Below, piece after piece: positions 39,023-45,985 of a stretch of DNA of 45,985 nucleotides (its first letter is position 1; each line of letters opens with the position of its first letter). The notes below the pieces were generated by a model. It ran no database searches. It was given only the letters and a program-made list of their open reading frames with translations, and was not told the DNA's origin. The stretch is from a virus, in UHGV virus genome UHGV-0017783. One strand, 5' to 3'. A program made the position numbers and the translations under genes.

Positions 39023-40088
39023 TAGCTTCCTGACTACCATAGCCATTAAAGACGCGACTTTTTCCGGCAGCATCCTTGCGAATCTGGAGGCCCATAGCAG
39101 ACCATACGAGGAAGTTGAAGTTATCGTGTGGGTTGACGCGGGCTGCCGCATAGGTGGAAACAGGCTGAGCAACACGCGGACGGATGTACATGTCGTTGCG
39201 AACGTAGCCAACGAAATGGTTACCAGTCAGCAGGAAGTTGGTGCCAATCTTGCCGATGCGACCATTACCGAACTGCGTGATGTACTGCTCAACGGTGCCG
39301 CCTTTGAAGCCAGCAGCATCAGAATACGGACGCATGAAGCTGCGACGTACTGCCGGAGAAACCCACAAAGTCACCTGTTCAAATACGTTCTGCGCATCCA
39401 AAACAGACTGGAAATCCTGATTGAAGAATTTCACGATTTCGTCTGGCGTTGCGGTTTGCAGGTCGATATTCAGGCCGCCGGAAGCATTCAGGTTAACCTG
39501 AACAGTGTTCGGGTGGTTGGTGATACCGTAACCAGTGTAAACGCCGTTCACGTTCAGAGTCTGGTCGCCGGTCAGCAGATACTGCGCCATGTCGGAACGC
39601 AGGTTAAAGGTGACGTTAGCCTGATCGTCCAGCAGTGGGTCAAAACCTTCAGACTGCATACCCAGCAGTTCACGCCATTCGCGGCTGTAGCCAGTTTTGA
39701 AGATTGGAATCACATCGCCAGTGTAATCGTAGCGGGTTTTATCCAAATCTTCCGGCTCCTGACCAGACAGGGTGCGGACGACCTTACCAGCATCGGAAGC
39801 GATGCGGCTGATTGCCACGGTCTTACCGATGTTGATGTTTGCCGCGATACCCATCAGGTCAGCCATCATGTCCTGACCAGCTTCGTTGCGGAAAACACGG
39901 GTAGTGACGTTGTCCACGTCGCGCCAGTAATCTTTCGTTACCAGTGCGGTGGCGTTCACGCCGTAAGTTTTTGCCAGTTCAGCTTCCGCATTGCAGAATA
40001 CCTTGCGGTCGATGGTGAGATGTTTCCACTGGTCAGCCACCACTGCTGAGTTGGCTACCAAATCTTTGGTAAAAATAATCTTTTCCAT
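39018..40088 (-). CDS. major capsid protein (lambda gpE-like family)
   Basis: 356 aa, follows decoration and scaffold genes; size/composition consistent with Phage_cap_E family. Confidence 0.65.
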   Translation of the reverse strand: MEKIIFTKDLVANSAVVADQWKHLTIDRKVFCNAEAELAKTYGVNATALVTKDYWRDVDNVTTRVFRNEAGQDMMADLMGIAANINIGKTVAISRIASDAGKVVRTLSGQEPEDLDKTRYDYTGDVIPIFKTGYSREWRELLGMQSEGFDPLLDDQANVTFNLRSDMAQYLLTGDQTLNVNGVYTGYGITNHPNTVQVNLNASGGLNIDLQTATPDEIVKFFNQDFQSVLDAQNVFEQVTLWVSPAVRRSFMRPYSDAAGFKGGTVEQYITQFGNGRIGKIGTNFLLTGNHFVGYVRNDMYIRPRVAQPVSTYAAARVNPHDNFNFLVWSAMGLQIRKDAAGKSRVFNGYGSQEAK

Positions 40089-40099
40089 TATTAGATTCC

Positions 40100-41976
<1,877 letters not shown>

Positions 41977-42313
41977 GGTTAACTCTCCACGGGTAGTTTG
42001 TGGTCGAATTATAACACAGGGAGATATAGCACCATGAGGCTGTAGCCAGTGCAAATAATGGCGAATCGGTGAGTGCGTAGAGCGTGAGAAAGTAAGTAAT
42101 AGGGATTATGTTCATGGGCTACCTCCTGATTAAATGATAGCAGCCCATGATGAACAAAAGATATACGGTGTTACTCTGAAATCACATCATCCATGAATGC
42201 AAGCGCGGCACCCGAAAGACAGAACAGAGCGCCATAGCAAATCATCTGGTACAGAGTGTCAGCCTCAAATACCCTTGCGAATGCGTATGCTGATAATATC
42301 CAAAGCAATGGAA

Positions 42314-42502
42314 TCATAATCTACCTCTGTTTTCTTTGTAGAGTGCGTCGCAGATTTTTTGATACTCCCTCTGAAACCAGTCTATGCCCCTGTTGTAATC
42401 ACTGCCTATTGCCTCAATCTTCTTTGTCGCCATTGCACTTGCCGCATTGATCAATGCAACCTGAACCTCAACAGGCAGCTCTGGAAATTTTGGACCACTC
42501 AT
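42314..42502 (-). CDS. hypothetical early-left protein (62 aa)
   Basis: ORF in early-left operon. Confidence 0.35.
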   Translation of the reverse strand: MSGPKFPELPVEVQVALINAASAMATKKIEAIGSDYNRGIDWFQREYQKICDALYKENRGRL

Positions 42503-42825
42503 AACCCCGCCTCCTGTTTTGCGCGATGCACGTATGACATAAACTTGCCAATAGGCATTTCCTTGCGGATTTGCGCCAATATAGCGCCGTGAATCATCCT
42601 CTCCTCGCCAAAATACAGCTTATCCAGACGAGTTTTAATAAGTGCTCGCGTGCGCTTCATGTGGTCGCGTGCCTTAAGTGCTTTCTCATGCCAGACGCGA
42701 TCATTCTTCTTATCGGCATATTGCAGTTGACGCTCAACGGTTTCGATTTCAAACGCCAGTTGCATGTCATAATCTTCAAGCTGAATGATGTCTGCTTTCA
42801 TAATGTCGTTTAATGGGATAATCAT
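42499..42825 (-). CDS. hypothetical early-left protein (108 aa)
   Basis: ORF in early-left operon. Confidence 0.4.
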   Translation of the reverse strand: MIIPLNDIMKADIIQLEDYDMQLAFEIETVERQLQYADKKNDRVWHEKALKARDHMKRTRALIKTRLDKLYFGEERMIHGAILAQIRKEMPIGKFMSYVHRAKQEAGL

Positions 42826-43205
42826 TTTTTCACCTTTAATCCTGCTTGTTCAAGTTCTTCAATAAGTTCGTCTGCGTAAATTACATCTCTGTCGAGGTAA
42901 TACTCTCCGGGAAATTGATTGGGAAGCTCAATCTCAATTGCTGCTCGTGATGCTTGCCACACCTCCCATGCCATATCAACCCATGTTACTGAATAATCGC
43001 CATTACTTAATCGATAAAACAATCCAGCCATGTATTGATAGTTTGATTTAATCGCTCGCTCGTTGCACCAAATTTCAAACCGCTCCCTACTCGTCATCTT
43101 CACTTCCTCCACTATCCAGCCCATCTTTCTACGGTTATTGGCAATAAACTCATCCGATGTTACAAACAGAGTTCTGCCAGATTTGTGCTTAATAGCCCAT
43201 CTCAT
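42822..43205 (-). CDS. hypothetical early-left protein (127 aa)
   Basis: ORF in early-left operon. Confidence 0.4.
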   Translation of the reverse strand: MRWAIKHKSGRTLFVTSDEFIANNRRKMGWIVEEVKMTSRERFEIWCNERAIKSNYQYMAGLFYRLSNGDYSVTWVDMAWEVWQASRAAIEIELPNQFPGEYYLDRDVIYADELIEELEQAGLKVKK

Positions 43206-43380
43206 TTAGTACATCCTCAGCAAGTTTGCGGAACATGATTTGCACCCTTGCAACCTTGCGCCACTCAGCTTCGGTGAGAATCACATCCTCATGCTGCGGC
43301 ATTCCTGACATTTTGCATGGTGGCAGCAGCTCATACTCTTGCTTCTTGCGTTTTGCTTTTCCCATGACGACCTCTTGCAT
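43189..43380 (-). CDS. hypothetical early-left protein (63 aa)
   Basis: ORF in early-left operon. Confidence 0.3.
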   Translation of the reverse strand: MQEVVMGKAKRKKQEYELLPPCKMSGMPQHEDVILTEAEWRKVARVQIMFRKLAEDVLNEMGY

Positions 43381-43825
43381 TGCGAAGAAGTGAATTAAAT
43401 AGATTGCTCACATTTACTTCCTGCTCCTTCCATGAGTAACGCCGCAGCTTCTTGTGGTGGTCATAGCTTCGCGTTACATCGCCGTTATGAAGCATGATGC
43501 GGATGCGGCTTTTCACGATTCGGTAATCAATTCCAGGGGAGATGCTAATTTCTTTCACCTCTGCGCCAGCGTTATCAAGCAAGTGGCACTTAATAGCATC
43601 ATCAATACCTGCAGCATCATCAGAGATAAAATACTTATATTGCCACTTGCCACCACGAATCACTGACTTTTCGCGGCGAATAAAGCCAAGCGCAAGCATC
43701 TCATGAAGTCGATGCGTTGTGGTGCTTGAGTGCTTTCCTCCGCAATGCTTTTCAATATATGCACGCGTTGCGCCGGGATGATTGACAATCACGCGCATGA
43801 TTTGCGATTTATAGTCCATAATCAC
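43331..43825 (-). CDS. putative winged-helix DNA-binding protein (164 aa)
   Basis: N-terminal wHTH-like segment (RAYIEKHCGG...HRLHEMLALGFIRREK), basic C-terminus. Confidence 0.4.
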   Translation of the reverse strand: MIMDYKSQIMRVIVNHPGATRAYIEKHCGGKHSSTTTHRLHEMLALGFIRREKSVIRGGKWQYKYFISDDAAGIDDAIKCHLLDNAGAEVKEISISPGIDYRIVKSRIRIMLHNGDVTRSYDHHKKLRRYSWKEQEVNVSNLFNSLLRNARGRHGKSKTQEARV

Positions 43826-44063
43826 ACTCCTCTGCTGCCTGATTAAAGTTGTCAGCGGTGTAGAGGTGTCCTCCTCTTGTGTTCCATTGCGTAGCTGCTG
43901 CCAATTTGGTTACGTGGACGTCACTTGAGCATCCGCACTCACACATGGCGAAATACACCCCATTGTCGTTATATAATTTAACTTCGTCACTACCACAGAA
44001 TGGGCACTCAAGAAGCCCTTCGTTGTTCATCATCGGCATATGCGGTGCGCTCATTTTATCCAC
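43809..44063 (-). CDS. Lar-family restriction alleviation protein
   Basis: ECPFCGS..VKL....GVYFAMCECGCSS......AAATQWNTR matches Lar (Rac prophage) Zn-ribbon signature. Confidence 0.55.
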   Translation of the reverse strand: MDKMSAPHMPMMNNEGLLECPFCGSDEVKLYNDNGVYFAMCECGCSSDVHVTKLAAATQWNTRGGHLYTADNFNQAAEECDYGL

Positions 44064-44245
44064 TCCCCAAGATTATTAAATTTAGGCGTATCACCAGACC
44101 AGTCGATAACGTCTCTTTGTTGACTGCGCTTGCGTTGCAGGCGGTTGCGCACTTCCCGCAGTTCGCATTCCAGCCATTCGCGAGTACGCTCAACTTCATT
44201 CAGTCGCTGGATTAGCGAGTTTTCGTATAATTCGTCATGCGCCAT
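44051..44245 (-). CDS. hypothetical coiled-coil protein (64 aa)
   Basis: ORF in early-left operon. Confidence 0.35.
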   Translation of the reverse strand: MAHDELYENSLIQRLNEVERTREWLECELREVRNRLQRKRSQQRDVIDWSGDTPKFNNLGEWIK

Positions 44246-44305
44246 TTGTAATTTCTCCCGTAGAATTTGATAACAACGTGCTCAACGCACAGATAACCTT
44301 CATCT

Positions 44306-44503
44306 TCAACCGTTACTGGTTGAACTATAAACCAGCGCAGATATAAGTTCGTCAGCCTTTTCACGACCTGCAACCTCCGCTTCAAGTGCAAGTGAACACA
44401 TGGCAGTTTCCACATACTTAATGGTATCTTCGCGAACGTTAAGGATTTCCATAACCTCGCGAACCTCTTTCTGGTATCTCGCTGCCATTTCTTTGTATCG
44501 CAT
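44306..44503 (-). CDS. hypothetical first early-left protein (65 aa)
   Basis: start MRYKEMAARYQ with AAGGTGA SD; immediately downstream of divergent promoter region. Confidence 0.4.
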   Translation of the reverse strand: MRYKEMAARYQKEVREVMEILNVREDTIKYVETAMCSLALEAEVAGREKADELISALVYSSTSNG

Positions 44504-44526
44504 TTCCACATCACCTTTTCCGTTGT

Positions 44527-44572
44527 GGTACAATCTACGTCAATAAGTATTGACTAAATGATGTAGATTGGT
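44527..44572. promoter_or_regulatory. divergent promoter/operator region with inverted GTAGATTG elements
   Basis: caatctacgtcaa (RC of TTGACGTAGATTG) at 44531-44543 and tgatgtagattg at 44559-44570; genes diverge from here. Confidence 0.5.
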
Positions 44573-44603
44573 CAACAATAATTTTCGAGAAGGAGTAGTA
44601 AAT

Positions 44604-44819
44604 ATGCCAAGACCACGACGCGAGCCGATGGACATTATCACCAGCATTGTGGAGAAGCGGCAGCCGCTGACACTCCGTGATGTTCGCTACTTTGCCCGTT
44701 GCTATGTGGCGCTGGCTGATATGCCGAAGGATGAGATGTATGATTTGATTCGGGCCAACTTCAGTGTTGACGAGAATAACAAAGTCACAATGAAAAGGGG
44801 TGATGATGAACTGGAATGA
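44604..44819 (+). CDS. hypothetical protein (72 aa)
   Basis: ATG with GAGAAGGAG SD. Confidence 0.45.
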   Translation: MPRPRREPMDIITSIVEKRQPLTLRDVRYFARCYVALADMPKDEMYDLIRANFSVDENNKVTMKRGDDELE

Positions 44820-45312
44820 TGTGTTCGAATACCGTGATGGTCAGTTGTATTGGAAGATAAGGCCTGCGAATAGGGTTAAGGTTGGTGATATTGCTGGGTC
44901 AAAAAACGATAAAGGCTATCTTTTATTTGATTTCAAAGGCAAAAAGCACCCTGCGCACAGGGTAATTTGGGAAATGCATCACGGTACCATTCCATCTGGA
45001 ATGGAAATTGACCACATAAACCACATTCGTGATGACAACAGAATTGAAAATCTTCGCCTTGCTAGTCATGCTGAAAATACCCGTAACATGTCAAAGCATA
45101 GATACAATACTAGTGGAGTGACTGGTGTGTGCTGGCATAAGCACCAAAGGAAGTGGGTAGCACAGATAATGTTTGACGGAAAGTATACATGCCTGGGTTA
45201 TTTTGTCGATTTTGATGAGGCTGTAAGATGCAGGAAATCAGCAGAATTAAATTTAGGATTTCACAGCAATCACGGGGATTCAAAAAGAAATGAAATTGAA
45301 CGACATCAATGA
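44800..45312 (+). CDS. HNH endonuclease with AP2 domain (homing endonuclease), paralog of 9599..10129
   Basis: EIDHINHIRDDNRIENLRLASHAEN (HNH_3) + TSGVTGVCWHK..KWVAQI..GKYTCLGYF (AP2). Confidence 0.7.
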   Translation: MMMNWNDVFEYRDGQLYWKIRPANRVKVGDIAGSKNDKGYLLFDFKGKKHPAHRVIWEMHHGTIPSGMEIDHINHIRDDNRIENLRLASHAENTRNMSKHRYNTSGVTGVCWHKHQRKWVAQIMFDGKYTCLGYFVDFDEAVRCRKSAELNLGFHSNHGDSKRNEIERHQ

Positions 45313-45535
45313 AATTGAGAATGTTAAATACAACAAATACCTGCACGAGATTAAGCCCGGTGTATTTGTCGATGTGTACGATGTGCTCATGGCATGGAGC
45401 GTCACCAACCCGGCGCTGCAGCACTTGATCAAGAAGGCATTGCAGGCTGGCGAGCGCGGACACAAATCACGCGAACAGGATTTGCAAGACATCATTGACA
45501 GCGCAATTCGCGCAAAAGAACTGGAGATTAAATAA
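45290..45535 (+). CDS. hypothetical protein (81 aa)
   Basis: ORF following HNH gene. Confidence 0.4.
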   Translation: MKLNDINEIENVKYNKYLHEIKPGVFVDVYDVLMAWSVTNPALQHLIKKALQAGERGHKSREQDLQDIIDSAIRAKELEIK

Positions 45536-45843
45536 TGTCATTCTGCGACATCACAATCGCGCAACGAAACGCGAACTTTACCAACATCGCTGATACTTCC
45601 GCACAACTTGTATCACTGAACAGCGACGGCAGCGCAGTGCTTAAAATCGGCACAGAGACAGCGCAATTCATCGTGCAGAATCTGTCACAGGCAAACGCAA
45701 AGCAGGTGCTGATTAGTACGGGTAGCGTGCTGTTTCTGGCTGGTAATTACAATGCACCGAACCTTGAGTGTTCACTGGTGCGCATCGTTGAAACTGCGAC
45801 TGAGGAATCTGTTAATGAGCCAACAACACTGCCAGCAGAGTGA
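45535..45843 (+). CDS. hypothetical protein (102 aa)
   Basis: ATGA overlap with previous gene. Confidence 0.4.
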   Translation: MSFCDITIAQRNANFTNIADTSAQLVSLNSDGSAVLKIGTETAQFIVQNLSQANAKQVLISTGSVLFLAGNYNAPNLECSLVRIVETATEESVNEPTTLPAE

Positions 45844-45971
45844 GCCACCAAAACCATCAGCATGGTGTGAGAGAATGGAGCGCAATGCGAAAGATGGTGA
45901 TGAGGCGTATGCTTATTTCCAGCTGAAGCAGATGTGGAAACAGAGGGAAAACTCAGAGCAAACCAATTAAA

Positions 45972-45985
45972 CACAAGCCCCATTG
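45972..45985. terminator. 5' half of a rho-independent terminator completed by bases 1-12 (circular junction)
   Basis: aagccccattg (end) + cggggcttttt (start) = hairpin plus T-run. Confidence 0.5.

Noticed and set aside
44550-44569. Plus-strand TTGACT..TAGATT read as a promoter
   Set aside because: Spacer is only 8 nt; the element is better treated as an operator/recognition motif of the divergent control region.

Overview
The window appears to be a complete ~46-kb genome of a tailed dsDNA coliphage with a lambda/T1-like siphovirus architecture, opened inside a terminator: the 3' end plus the 5' end reconstitute one rho-independent hairpin (..aagccccattg|cggggcttttt..). No integrase, CI-like repressor, tRNA or CRISPR array was found. 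The minus strand carries the early-right genes, terminase (TerS, TerL), portal, MuF-like head morphogenesis protein, a lambda R-like lytic transglycosylase with an Rz/embedded Rz1 spanin pair, and a second late block of scaffold/protease, decoration protein, lambda E-like capsid, head-tail joining proteins, major tail protein with Ig domain, chaperone, tape measure, M/L/K-like proteins, an I-J fused tip protein and a beta-helix tailspike. The plus strand carries the replication/recombination module (origin-like iteron region, Prim-Pol/DUF3987 primase-helicase, Cro-like HTH regulator (minus-strand gene inside this module), Sak4-Gp157-SSB annealing module, SF2 helicase with Zn ribbons, VRR-NUC nuclease). 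Several independently transcribed accessory cassettes sit in the opposite orientation inside the morphogenesis operons, each bracketed by a promoter of one recurring type (TTGACGTAGATTG..GTGATGTAGATTG) and a hairpin terminator. The most unusual cassette (35.3-37.9 kb) encodes an acidic protein, a ParB-N-domain protein and a truncated homologue of the host beta sliding clamp (DnaN domain II plus the C-terminal half of domain III, ending in the conserved VMPMRL cleft residues). Other notable items: an in-frame SSB acidic-tail coding segment directly after the amber stop of the VRR-NUC gene; a superinfection-immunity (Imm-like)/DUF551 moron set inside the tail operon; four homing-endonuclease-like genes; a Lar-family anti-restriction gene in the early-left operon; and an ORF-less promoter-terminator unit inside the tail module.
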